The notes under the pieces are model-generated. The model saw only the letters and a program-made list of their open reading frames with translations. It made no database searches and was not told the origin of the DNA. 55,801 nucleotides of DNA from Bdellovibrionota bacterium FG-2. GTDB taxonomy: Bacteria; Bdellovibrionota; UBA1018. Numbering within the stretch: position 1 is the first letter of the stretch; every line of letters begins with the position of its first letter. Positions 20,801 to 29,415 of the stretch are shown here, piece by piece. The translations under genes were made by a program, and so were the position numbers. The DNA lies in assembly GCA_051382305.1 (NCBI GenBank), contig JBBCAV010000216.1, positions 1-55,801 on the forward strand, written 5' to 3'.

Positions 20801-22065
20801 CTTCGGATCCAAGCACCGTAGTTGTGAATCCGCATCGCCTGGCGAGTGGAATCGATTTCGAATTGATAATAAATTTGTTCCGTTTCCCCTCCTCCTTGTT
20901 CTTCTGGCGCCTGCGCCCCCTCAAACACAAGCTCCGCCACCCCAAAGGCCTGATCAACGGGAGGACGCAAAGCCCACCGAAAACGAGGGATAGAAGTAAC
21001 TTCAAATCCCCGAAGTTTTAGGCCCTTTCGGGGGCGTGAGGGATCTTCATGATCTACCAAATAGAACTGGATCTCCTCTTTGGCGATTCGTGGGGCCGCA
21101 TTGAGCATCACGGAGAGCAAAATCTGGCGCGCCACCTCACGCCCTCCCCAACGGGAAAAATGTTCTTCGCCAAAAAGATTGAGATTTGGGTTTTGTTGAA
21201 CTTCGGGGCGGAGACTACTGACTAACGGCAGAAGATCTCGGGGCACCCGTGAAGCGAGCGGATGAAAGAGAAGATCCGCAAAACCAATGACTAAGCCATT
21301 TGAAAATCCGAACTGCACTCCCATACGCAACTGCTGATCCGTCTGCTCGTTTCCCCAATAACTTGACGAAATCCTCTGACGCGGAGAAGTGGCGAAAAAA
21401 TCCGGGATTTGCGCGCCCCCCACTAGAGTAGGACTAGGATACACCGAAAACTCCCTCATCTGGGGCGCCCGCTTTGGTGTAAGCGCTTCCGGAAACTCTA
21501 GAATCGAATAGCTGGAGTCCGTGAGCGGCTGTGGCTCTCCTAGATGCAAATACAGATGAGTCAACTCTATCTTAGCATTGCGTGCGTCACTCTTTAGGGT
21601 CTCAGGAGTCGGTGACTCCGCAAGCAGCTGCGAAAATACCCCTCGGAGCGCCCCCTCAAACTCTCGAAGTTTGTCCGTTACCGAAGGCAACAAACCTGCA
21701 AACGCAAAGTTGCGTTGAAGCGTAATCCACAAAACCAGGAAAAAAAGCTTCGTGTGCGGGCACACGGGGTCCTGTTTACCTGGGCAGCAGCTACAAGAAA
21801 TTTCTAAAGGTTGAGTCCTAGAGTGCGCCAGACCCGTCACAAAATAGAGGTCATCGCCCTGCACGCCCATGCGCAGTATCGCGCCATCGTCCGCGTTTTT
21901 CTCGACCTGAAGTACCTTCACCCTTCCATACTTTAGGAAATTGAGAGCGTCCGCGTACTCATCTTGCCCACCAAGGACTTCTCTGAGGAACTTCAAAAAG
22001 CCTAGGGTCGAAAGAAGCTCCAAGGTCACGAAAGACGCGACCGGAGGCACGAGGTAAAGTGTCAT
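17854..22065 (-). CDS. Second SWIM-like SNF2-family helicase/ATPase with long unique N-terminal region
   Basis: CSCC..VCPH; GILADDMGLGKT, DEAQNLKN, TGTPLEN, QATDRAHRMGQ; start may be 22065 or 22125. Confidence 0.9.
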   Translation of the reverse strand: MTLYLVPPVASFVTLELLSTLGFLKFLREVLGGQDEYADALNFLKYGRVKVLQVEKNADDGAILRMGVQGDDLYFVTGLAHSRTQPLEISCSCCPGKQDPVCPHTKLFFLVLWITLQRNFAFAGLLPSVTDKLREFEGALRGVFSQLLAESPTPETLKSDARNAKIELTHLYLHLGEPQPLTDSSYSILEFPEALTPKRAPQMREFSVYPSPTLVGGAQIPDFFATSPRQRISSSYWGNEQTDQQLRMGVQFGFSNGLVIGFADLLFHPLASRVPRDLLPLVSSLRPEVQQNPNLNLFGEEHFSRWGGREVARQILLSVMLNAAPRIAKEEIQFYLVDHEDPSRPRKGLKLRGFEVTSIPRFRWALRPPVDQAFGVAELVFEGAQAPEEQGGGETEQIYYQFEIDSTRQAMRIHNYGAWIRSVAHILPSFLELGESGGGVPSVLPSIIQRYRIEGHAHIEELLREVDRKLAQLGAPLVERTLAEVVPESQITPQLWVETSGEMRFELKVQTKTQGCLSLWNLPAATGLFIRVLNQGIGGASHSKNTDIAQDRKGEKRDRDLKILRHTGLASALFIACAEAAEKLTSAAELLEQVGRRWVLLLTKQGEIPREVVRDAREAQSAQAVKEKKLSHYCSRRVMELLESVILVLAETIPAADSVIFTPQGELRLQGVSKMVLQMFHALILASVEQSQGSVFLKTRVPIFEDFLGPVEDIRLRDFALNASDPGTGLGPQRYQLVHTTRSLKGALEALASLAKHRFELYYNGRKIESFEETDLRAEFRVSHNLQEASQELATGGRLDWFALHPKVFFKGTEIDPARLTELAGEGVIEFHGQYYLLKKSALPSVKRLERFWANLQGGAAGEGPETRGKTSERYYRLPKCRTLEILALRASGVVVEGGKEWQEICAFYDALGTRDGATARTLDVLPASLHVELKAFQKQSVQWLLDLYRLRLGGILADDMGLGKTVQTLAFLEKLRSEGKLGRVLIVVPTSLTYNWVSEAARFAPELPIQIFQRQDKADIASRGTDRVIVATYGLLTEHQEFFAQFAWNILVFDEAQNLKNIAAKRTSAARSLEVQFKLCLTGTPLENHLGEFFSLMDLVVPGALGELSEFQRRYVNPEQISRDDVQFLRLKSKPLLLRRTKNQVLLELPSKTESEVKLPFEKKQERIYRDIALSWNEKVKGSIEQYGEAKSHLMMLTALLRLRQACSDPGGIPQVKYTEVPPKAELLLESLLEIIDAGESALVFTQFLHTLHRLEQMMQSAGIKVFTIHGGTTRVQRERILSEFQASPLGAVLLMTLKTGGVGLNLVKASYVFHLEPWWNPAVENQATDRAHRMGQVKPVQVFRYLILDSVEEKIKVLKARKSAQFDAMFEVAETESGLEADTPNKVGAGLSQRDFEYLLS

Positions 22066-22207
22066 GAGAGCGTTGTTAGACTTCGTCGAGAGAGGTTTGA
22101 CAAGTGAATTTTGCAGGCGCCCCATGCCGCAACGCGTTACTTACGGCAATATTCATAGACAAGCGCTCCGCCGCCTCGCTAATACATAAATAGGCAGGAG
22201 CCTGAGA

Positions 22208-22777
22208 ATGAGCGAACCCGCAAAAAAGCAGCCCACCTATGAAGACCTCTTAGCCATCCCTGAAGGGACACGGGCAGAGATCATCAACGGACACATTGAA
22301 ACCTCGGCAGCGAAGCGAAATTTTGGGCATCGCTATGTGACCTCCGCGATGGCTCAGTCCATTAACTCACGTTTCGGCGGAGGAGACTCCGAGTGGATCA
22401 TCGAGATTGAACCCGACGTACAGTTTGGCCCCAATGTCCTCTCGCCAGACCTCGCAGGGTGGAAAAAAGCGCGAAGAGGAAAAATCAACCCGCTGGAAAG
22501 CCTCGTCACAGTGATTCCAGATTGGGTTTGCGAAATCCTCTCCCCGTCATCAGGACGTCGCGATCGCGTCGAGAAGTTCAAAATCTACCAAGAAACCGGT
22601 GTGGGCTATTATTGGATCGTCGATCCCATCAACCAAACGATTGAAGCGTTTGCCAATGACGCCACTCAAGCAGCTTGGAAACGCATTGGCGTTTGGGGCG
22701 GTGACGAAAAGGCGCGAATTGAGCCCTTTCAAGACATGGAGATTGCGCTGGCGCGGTTTTGGGTGAGCAGCACATGA
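22208..22777 (+). CDS. Uma2-family PD-(D/E)xK endonuclease
   Basis: AEIINGHI, PDLAGW, PDWVCEILSPS, GVGYYWIVDP; GGAG SD. Confidence 0.92.
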   Translation: MSEPAKKQPTYEDLLAIPEGTRAEIINGHIETSAAKRNFGHRYVTSAMAQSINSRFGGGDSEWIIEIEPDVQFGPNVLSPDLAGWKKARRGKINPLESLVTVIPDWVCEILSPSSGRRDRVEKFKIYQETGVGYYWIVDPINQTIEAFANDATQAAWKRIGVWGGDEKARIEPFQDMEIALARFWVSST

Positions 22778-22911
22778 CTCCTACTCCGCGGCCCAATTCT
22801 GCAAAGATAGAGAAAAAAATGAGAATCATGGCGGACCTCAAACACCCTGAACTCTCCGAGCCCGAAATTAATCACCGAACTTACGCCCTCATTGAAAAGG
22901 GATGCCGCTGA
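22774..22911 (+). CDS. 45-aa antitoxin-like ORF (possibly internally deleted)
   Basis: MTPTPRPNSAKIEKKMRIMADLKHPELSEPEINHRTYALIEKGCR*; ATGA overlap with Uma2; precedes the NTase remnant. Confidence 0.45.
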   Translation: MTPTPRPNSAKIEKKMRIMADLKHPELSEPEINHRTYALIEKGCR

Positions 22912-23068
22912 ACCTAGAATGACCCACGATCTGGACCTGGTGGTTGAACTCTTTTTTCCGTTCGAGACCTTTTACTGCCCTCCAACATTCTTCAGAGAGG
23001 GCGGTTCAGACAAACACCTGAAGGATATTCGCGGCATTCTCGCAGCCCCCGCCAGCAGTTCCCGGTGA
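22910..23068 (+). pseudogene. Condensed remnant of an AbiEii/MenT-like nucleotidyltransferase
   Basis: One frame reads EPRMTHDLDLVVEL-FFPFETFYCPP-TFFREGGSDKHLKDIRGIL, motifs normally spread over a much longer protein. Confidence 0.6.
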
Positions 23069-23156
23069 AAAATGATTTGGCTCTCAGAGCCCCCTGCGCG
23101 GTGCAGCGGTCGAAAATTTTAGCACAATCGAGCATCTTACTCGTGGGCGCCGCGAT

Positions 23157-23807
23157 TTAGCCTGGGGATGCTCTGGTGTCCTGCAAAGTTACGTCTGGCC
23201 AGCTATTCAGCGCGAGAATATGAATGGCGTCGTATTCGTTTTTTAGAAAATATTTGCCGACCCCTAGCAAATCCTTGCCCCAAGTCACGATGCGAGACCA
23301 AGCGAGGTAATCCCAGAATCGCGTTTTTTCTAGAGTCTTTTGTGTGGGCGAGTTTATGGGTCGCCCTTTCTCTGCGCCTGTCACGACACGCGCAACGAGT
23401 CCGCCCACCTCTCGCAAGAAGGCCCGCAGGGCCGGCCGGGCTTGGATCATACGCCGAGCCTTAGTCTGAAGCAGGATATGCAAATGGTTTCCCACGCACA
23501 CATATCTCTTGATCACGACACCTTGTCGTTTGGCGGCATCATAGACGATGTTTTTGATGATACGCGCGCGTTTAGGGTGAAGCAGGGAGCGATCTTCAAC
23601 CGCCAACGATGAACGCATCGTGATGTGCAGGGGTTTCCCGGGATCGAAGGGCCGTGCGGTTTTACGACGGCCCGATTTGGCGTACATTTCTCCGCCATGT
23701 TCTTTGGCGGCTTTTCCGGTCTTGAGGCCGGCCAGCGGCAGTGAGAGCTGGATGTGCCTTGGCACCCTGGGTTTTGATTTTTTCTTTTTTAAGTGGTCAA
23801 CTGACAC
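23157..23807 (-). CDS. Y1-HUH transposase-like protein (IS200/RAYT-related)
   Basis: PLHITMRS, VGNHLHILL (HUH), FWD...SRIV, YFLKN (catalytic Tyr position). Confidence 0.7.
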   Translation of the reverse strand: MSVDHLKKKKSKPRVPRHIQLSLPLAGLKTGKAAKEHGGEMYAKSGRRKTARPFDPGKPLHITMRSSLAVEDRSLLHPKRARIIKNIVYDAAKRQGVVIKRYVCVGNHLHILLQTKARRMIQARPALRAFLREVGGLVARVVTGAEKGRPINSPTQKTLEKTRFWDYLAWSRIVTWGKDLLGVGKYFLKNEYDAIHILALNSWPDVTLQDTRASPG

Positions 23808-23870
23808 TTAATGCGCCCACCTAAAAAACTTTAGAGTGTTGGCAGTCTACGTGCGCACGCGCACGAGGGT

Positions 23871-24490
23871 ATGAGTCGGAGTGTCTGGAGTTTTCCTGCG
23901 ATGCGAAACGTCACTAAGACCGATTACAGCATTCATGACATCGTGATGAGTGGGCCTGCGATGATGTATTTTCAGGATCGCTCGCTACTGCAGTGTCAAA
24001 AACTCATGGAAGAGAGCTCCCGGCGCACCAATCTGCAAACCCTTGTTCGGCGTAAAGCAAGTCCCCAAAGACACTCTACAGATACTAAGACGCGAAGCGT
24101 GTGGAGATCAGGTGGAGAGCGAAGACTTTGGATCCAATCAGATCCAATGCAGCAAATGCTTGACCAAAGAACATCGCACCACAAATGCCACAGCTGAGAA
24201 GATCGTGAGCTACTCCACTCAAATTCTCCAAACGCTTGGCATTATCCTCAATGGCGATGGGCTTTATCCTAAGCAGCCCCTAAAAACTGCTCGCGCATCG
24301 ACGTAAATGACTTAGAGTACCAGTTGATTGTTCCGCAAAAAAACGGCACCCAGAAAGTGACTTATCGTAACAGCTAGGCCACGGATTTTGAGATCACAGC
24401 CTCGAACGTAGAAACATTAGTGCGGGGCGGGCATTTGCTTGCCCTCGCACCAATGATGACAGAGGAATTCTCGGGGAAATTGAGGGGCGC
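23871..24490 (+). pseudogene. Fragmented DDE transposase (IS4/ISNCY-like)
   Basis: Multi-frame blocks YSIHDIVMSG..MMYFQDRSLLQ, NLQT-LFGVKQVPKDT, IQCSKCLTKEH, DGLYPKQP, KVTYRNS*ATDFEITASNVETLVRGG; boundaries approximate. Confidence 0.65.
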
Positions 24491-24581
24491 TGCCGCTGAT
24501 GGCAGCGTCGCGCAGGATGACAAAAAGCGACCCGAGCCCAGGGAAGGGCGGCCCCGACAGCTCACACCGATAATTTCTGAG

Positions 24582-24640
24582 CCCCCGCAAACAGAGTTGA
24601 CGAACCCCCCGCAAACAGAGTTGACGAACCCCCCGCAAAC
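24582..24640 (+). repeat. 24-bp tandem repeat (~2.4 copies) containing TTGACG
   Basis: CCCCCGCAAACAGAGTTGACGAAC repeated head to tail. Confidence 0.9.
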
Positions 24641-24649
24641 GACTAGATT
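24621..24649 (+). promoter_or_regulatory. Putative leaderless sigma70 promoter of tal
   Basis: TTGACG-N17-TAGATT-N8-ATG, no SD. Confidence 0.55.
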
Positions 24650-24657
24650 TTCCGGTT

Positions 24658-25374
24658 ATGACGACAAATAAAAAGCTGAACATCCATGTCTACGCCGACG
24701 GCGCCTACCGCGACGAAATGCTCAAACGCTATCGCGACGGATCTGTAAAAGGTTTTACGACCAACCCAAGTCTGTTGGTAAAAGCAGGGGTCAAAGACTA
24801 CGCGGGATTTGCCAAAGAGATCTTGGCCGAAATCAAAACCCTTCCCATCTCCTTTGAAGTTTTCTCTGATGATTTTAGCCAAATGGAGCGCGAAGCCGGG
24901 ATCATTAGTGCTTGGGCCGCAAACGTTAACGTTAAGATTCCCATCACAAACACGAAGGGTGAATCCTCGATCCCGCTCATCAAGCGACTGCTTGAAAAAA
25001 AGATGAAGCTCAACGTCACGGCGGTTTTCACACAGCGGCAAATCGATGCGCTCAGCGAAGCGCTTCGCCCCCAAGATGACGTGGTTGTCTCGATTTTCGC
25101 AGGTCGCATCGCCGATACGGGTGTCGACCCGGTCCCGATGATGAAACGCGCCGTTGAAGACTATCGCTCTCTCACGGGCTCCAAAATCCTTTGGGCCAGT
25201 CCGCGCGAAGCTCTTAATGTCTATCAAGCCAATGAATGTGGTTGCCACATCATTACAGCGACCGACGACATTATCAGCAAGCTTAAAATTGCTGGCAAAG
25301 ACCTCGAGGAGTTTTCCTTAGACACCGTGAAGATGTTCTTGGCGGATTCGCAAAAGGCCGGATTTAAGCTATAA
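24658..25374 (+). CDS. tal: Transaldolase (short type)
   Basis: GFTTNPSLL, PISFEVFSDD, NVKIP, NVTAVFT, SIFAGRIADTG, LWASPRE. Confidence 0.9.
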   Translation: MTTNKKLNIHVYADGAYRDEMLKRYRDGSVKGFTTNPSLLVKAGVKDYAGFAKEILAEIKTLPISFEVFSDDFSQMEREAGIISAWAANVNVKIPITNTKGESSIPLIKRLLEKKMKLNVTAVFTQRQIDALSEALRPQDDVVVSIFAGRIADTGVDPVPMMKRAVEDYRSLTGSKILWASPREALNVYQANECGCHIITATDDIISKLKIAGKDLEEFSLDTVKMFLADSQKAGFKL

Positions 25375-25387
25375 AACCGCGATGGTG

Positions 25388-26155
25388 CTAAAGCGCTGAA
25401 GCCGTAGCATCCATCACGTTACTCACGTAGAGCTTAGAGCCTTCGGCAGGGTCTCCATCAAATACTTTACGCCGCTCCGAGATCACGATGCAGCGATTGC
25501 AATGATCTCGCACGTCTTTGGGACTGTGGGTCACGAGCACAATCGTACGCCCTTCGCGATGAAGCTCTTCAATCTTTTTCAGACACTTCTTTTGAAACCC
25601 CACATCTCCCACGGCCAACACCTCATCGACCAAAATCACAGGCGCCGCCAAGTGCGTGGCGATGGAAAAACCGAGACGCACAAGCATTCCGCTCGAATAA
25701 TTCTTAGTCGGCATGTGAATGCGATCGCCCAACTCCGAAAATTCCAAAATCTTTGGCAGCGCCTCTGCCGTGACCTTGCGTCCAAAGCCCAAAATCGCCG
25801 CGTTTAAGAAAATATTCTCGTATCCCGAAAGTTCGGAATGAAATCCCGCGCCCAGCTCCAAAAGTGGCGCAATGGGACCGCGCACTTCAACCCGCCCCTG
25901 AGAAGGCGCGTAGATTCCGCAAATAATCTTAAGAATGGTGCTCTTGCCGCAGCCATTTCGCCCCATAATTCCCACAAATTCACCCGGACGAATCTCAAAG
26001 CTCACGTCTTCCAACACAGAAAGCGAACGACGACCTCCGAGCTTGAAACGGCCCCGAACCGTATCCACCAATACGGTCTTAAGACTGGACGGCTGATCGC
26101 TCCAGTACTGAAAAGTTTTCGTGACGTTTTGCAGGGAAACAACGGGTTCCGTCAT
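25388..26155 (-). CDS. wzt: Polysaccharide ABC exporter ATPase
   Basis: GRNGCGKST, LELGAGFHSELSGYENI, YSSGMLVRLGFS, DEVLAVGD. Confidence 0.92.
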   Translation of the reverse strand: MTEPVVSLQNVTKTFQYWSDQPSSLKTVLVDTVRGRFKLGGRRSLSVLEDVSFEIRPGEFVGIMGRNGCGKSTILKIICGIYAPSQGRVEVRGPIAPLLELGAGFHSELSGYENIFLNAAILGFGRKVTAEALPKILEFSELGDRIHMPTKNYSSGMLVRLGFSIATHLAAPVILVDEVLAVGDVGFQKKCLKKIEELHREGRTIVLVTHSPKDVRDHCNRCIVISERRKVFDGDPAEGSKLYVSNVMDATASAL

Positions 26156-26165
26156 ACTCTTTCCA

Positions 26166-27002
26166 TTAGATTCTTTCTACCACACCTTTTTCCATCACTC
26201 GATTTAGAGCGACCGCCGCAAGCATGACAGCAACCCCCCAAGACAAACTCAAGCCCAGATCAGCAATGTCCACCCGCCCTGAAACAATCCCATGAAGACC
26301 TTCAAAAGTCTTTCCCAAGGGATTTAAAGACAGGACCCAACGATACTTCACCGGAATCATGTCCTCGGCGTAAACAACCGGCGTACTATAAAACCAGATC
26401 TGAATGACAATCCCCATCAAGTGCCTAAGATCCCTAAAATAGACAAAAGCGACCGCCAGAATAAATCCAAAACCATAGGCCATCAGAAAAAGGCAAAATG
26501 CATAAAAAGGCAAAAGTAAAAACGACCAGCCAGGAACAACCCCAGACGCAAAAGCCACGCCTATAAGAACGGGCAGCGCAATCAAAAGATTGATCAAATT
26601 CGTAAGCGCCCCGGTAAACGGAAAAATCTGAAGCGGGATGGGAACCTTCGAAATCAGCCCCCAGTTTCCAACCAAAGACTCCATACTTTCCATCACCGTT
26701 TGAGCAAAAAAAGTCCAAAACAATACGCCGGTCAAAATGAAAAGGGGGTACTGAGGAATCCTCACCGCCATAATCACTTTGAAGACAAAATAATAGACCA
26801 ATGCGGTGCCAATGGGAGCCAAAAGTGTCCAAAAAACGCCAAACACCGAGCGGCGATACTTAATCTTGAGATTTCGGCTCACCAGATTGTAAACGAGAAA
26901 CTTCTTCCCTAAACAAAAGAAGTCGACCTCTTTTTCGTGCGCACGAATAAACGCCTTCAAGCGAGCGATAGGACCTTCGATGAGAGACTCAAAAAGATAC
27001 AT
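26166..27002 (-). CDS. wzm: Polysaccharide ABC exporter permease
   Basis: RNLKIKYRRSVFGVFW, FRDL, FYSTPVVY, LNPL; multi-TM. Confidence 0.92.
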   Translation of the reverse strand: MYLFESLIEGPIARLKAFIRAHEKEVDFFCLGKKFLVYNLVSRNLKIKYRRSVFGVFWTLLAPIGTALVYYFVFKVIMAVRIPQYPLFILTGVLFWTFFAQTVMESMESLVGNWGLISKVPIPLQIFPFTGALTNLINLLIALPVLIGVAFASGVVPGWSFLLLPFYAFCLFLMAYGFGFILAVAFVYFRDLRHLMGIVIQIWFYSTPVVYAEDMIPVKYRWVLSLNPLGKTFEGLHGIVSGRVDIADLGLSLSWGVAVMLAAVALNRVMEKGVVERI

Positions 27003-27044
27003 TGAACAAATGAATTAACTGAATTATGTCTTAAGTGCAATAAG

Positions 27045-29348
27045 ATGATCAATCAACGACTCGGGCAACGACTACGCCACCTCACTCGGCCCAATTTATT
27101 GGGCCAATCGCTCAGACTTGATCCCAAGGGCACCGGACTCGGCACGGTCGAATACGAACTTCCTTTGGAGCACAGCCTTACCCACTCAGGCTGGGTACTC
27201 GTCAATGTATCACTGGTTCCCAATGGCTATGACCCGACAGCCTTGCCGCCGCTGACGTTTAATATTCGCACAAACCAGTCTGAAGTCCCTCGCGAATCAC
27301 TTCTGCTTCTGGGGCAAAATCAGAGCTACGATTTTGGAGGAATCACCAAAATCTACTCCGACAAAGATCAGAGATTTACCCTCGAAGTTTTGAGTTCTTC
27401 GCACGCCTTGAAGTTTAGCAAAATTTCGCTGCAACCGATTTCGCGTCTTGAGGCCATGGGAAGACTTCTGTTCCCCCGCCTAAGAAAAATGGGCTTATCG
27501 CTCACGCAGTTTCCTACGTTCTTTGGAAAACTCTATCGCCTTTTAAGGGCTTCAGGATTTGCGGGATTGAAGCGCCGACTTCGCAAAGAGCTTGAGGTGC
27601 AGCATGCGCCCTTGGAATACCACCGCTGGATTCAGATCTACGACACGTTAAGCGACGAAGACCGCAGACTCATTCGCGCCCAAATTGCGCAGTTCAAATA
27701 CCTGCCTAGGATTTCAATCGTCATGCCCGTCTACAATGTGGCGGAGCAATGGCTCAGGCTCGCCATTGAGTCCGTCCAAAAACAACTCTATCCCCATTGG
27801 GAACTCTGCATTGCCGATGATTGTTCAAGTAAGCCCCATATTGCAGAAGTGCTGAAGGAATTTGCGCAAAAAGACTCCCGCATCAAATTTGTGATCCGTG
27901 AAAAGAACGGGCATATTTCAGCCGCTTCAAATACCGCGCTTGAACTCGCCACCGGCGAATTCGTGGCCCTTTTAGATCACGACGACGAACTCCCAGAACA
28001 TGCCCTTTACTTCATTGCCCAGAGCCTAAACCGCAACCCTGAAACCGATATTTTTTATAGCGACGAAGACAAGATCGACGAATTTGGACGTCGCTACGAT
28101 CCTCATTTCAAATCCCAATGGAATCCCGACCTTTTTCACTCCTATAATCTCATCAACCACCTCGCAGTCTATCGAACGAAGCTGGTTAAAGCGACCCAGG
28201 GTTTTCGGATAGGTTACGAAGGAAGCCAAGACTACGATCTCGCGTTGCGGGTACTTGAACAAACGACGGTGGATCGAATTCAGCATATTCCGCATATACT
28301 CTATCACTGGCGGGCGATTCCAGGCTCCGCGGCTTTAAGTCCAAAAGAAAAGAAGTACGCTATCAAAGCTGGCATTGAAGCCTTGAAATCCCATTTCCAA
28401 AGAACTGGGATCAAAGCAGACGTCGTTGAAGGTGTCGCCACCCACCGTAAGGTGATTTACCCCATTCCCCGCCCTGCTCCACTTGTAAGCCTTCTGATCG
28501 GAACTCGGGATCGAGTCAAGCTATTGAAAGGGGCCGTCGAGGGTTTCTTGGAGCGAACCGACTACCCCAATCTTGAAATCATTATCGTCGATAACCAAAG
28601 CGAAGAGCCTGAGACGCGCGAATACTTCGAGGAGCTTCGAAGAGAGCCACGCGTGCGCGTGCTCCCTTATGATGCCCCTTTTAACTTTTCAGCCATTAAC
28701 AATTTTGCAGCCAAAAATGCCAAAGGCGAACTCATCGCCTTGATCAACAACGACCTGCTGGTGCTTCACAAAGAGTGGCTTACGGAGCTTGTGACCCATG
28801 CGTTGAGACCCGATATTGGCGCGGTAGGCGCAAAACTTTACTATCACAACAATACGATTCAGCACGCTGGCGTGATACTAGGCATCGGCGGCATTAACGG
28901 ATCCGGTGGAGTTGCGGGACACGGGCACAAGTATTTTCCACGAGATTCCTATGGATATGTTGCTAAGGCTGTTGTGGTGCAGAATCTGTCGGCCATTACG
29001 GGCGCCTGCATGCTGCTGCGACGCTCGGTCTTTGAGGAAGTGGGCGGCCTAGACGAAAAGAATCTTGCGGTTGCCTTCAACGACATCGACTTCTGCCTTC
29101 GAATCCGGGAAAAAGGCTACCGCGTCGTCTTCACCCCCTTTTCAGAGGTCTACCATCTTGAATCGGCCTCTCGCGGCTCTGATGCCACCCCTGAGAATCA
29201 ACCCCGCTTTCGGCGCGAAGTGCACTATATGCGTGACCGCTGGGGTAAGATTCTGGACAACGACCCCTACTACAACCCCAATCTTACGTTCACTCACGAA
29301 AACTACGGCCTTGCGTTCCCACCCCGAGTAAAAAAGCCCTGGCTTTAA
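27045..29348 (+). CDS. Double-domain GT2 glycosyltransferase
   Basis: ISIVMPVYN, ELCIADDCS, LLDHDD, GSQDYD; second domain IVDNQS, NND, AFNDIDFCL, YHLESASRG. Confidence 0.92.
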   Translation: MINQRLGQRLRHLTRPNLLGQSLRLDPKGTGLGTVEYELPLEHSLTHSGWVLVNVSLVPNGYDPTALPPLTFNIRTNQSEVPRESLLLLGQNQSYDFGGITKIYSDKDQRFTLEVLSSSHALKFSKISLQPISRLEAMGRLLFPRLRKMGLSLTQFPTFFGKLYRLLRASGFAGLKRRLRKELEVQHAPLEYHRWIQIYDTLSDEDRRLIRAQIAQFKYLPRISIVMPVYNVAEQWLRLAIESVQKQLYPHWELCIADDCSSKPHIAEVLKEFAQKDSRIKFVIREKNGHISAASNTALELATGEFVALLDHDDELPEHALYFIAQSLNRNPETDIFYSDEDKIDEFGRRYDPHFKSQWNPDLFHSYNLINHLAVYRTKLVKATQGFRIGYEGSQDYDLALRVLEQTTVDRIQHIPHILYHWRAIPGSAALSPKEKKYAIKAGIEALKSHFQRTGIKADVVEGVATHRKVIYPIPRPAPLVSLLIGTRDRVKLLKGAVEGFLERTDYPNLEIIIVDNQSEEPETREYFEELRREPRVRVLPYDAPFNFSAINNFAAKNAKGELIALINNDLLVLHKEWLTELVTHALRPDIGAVGAKLYYHNNTIQHAGVILGIGGINGSGGVAGHGHKYFPRDSYGYVAKAVVVQNLSAITGACMLLRRSVFEEVGGLDEKNLAVAFNDIDFCLRIREKGYRVVFTPFSEVYHLESASRGSDATPENQPRFRREVHYMRDRWGKILDNDPYYNPNLTFTHENYGLAFPPRVKKPWL

Positions 29349-29415
29349 AATCTGCTTTTCTTCGCCTTTTTGATTCGCTACAAGAGGAAAACTAAACATC
29401 AAAGTGAGGCCTTAA

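Noticed and set aside
24500-24525. CAGGATGACA as a REP-like half-site
   Set aside because: No partner half or second copy seen
24582-24640. Repeat as a CRISPR mini-array
   Set aside because: Head-to-tail units with no spacers, and no cas genes in the window
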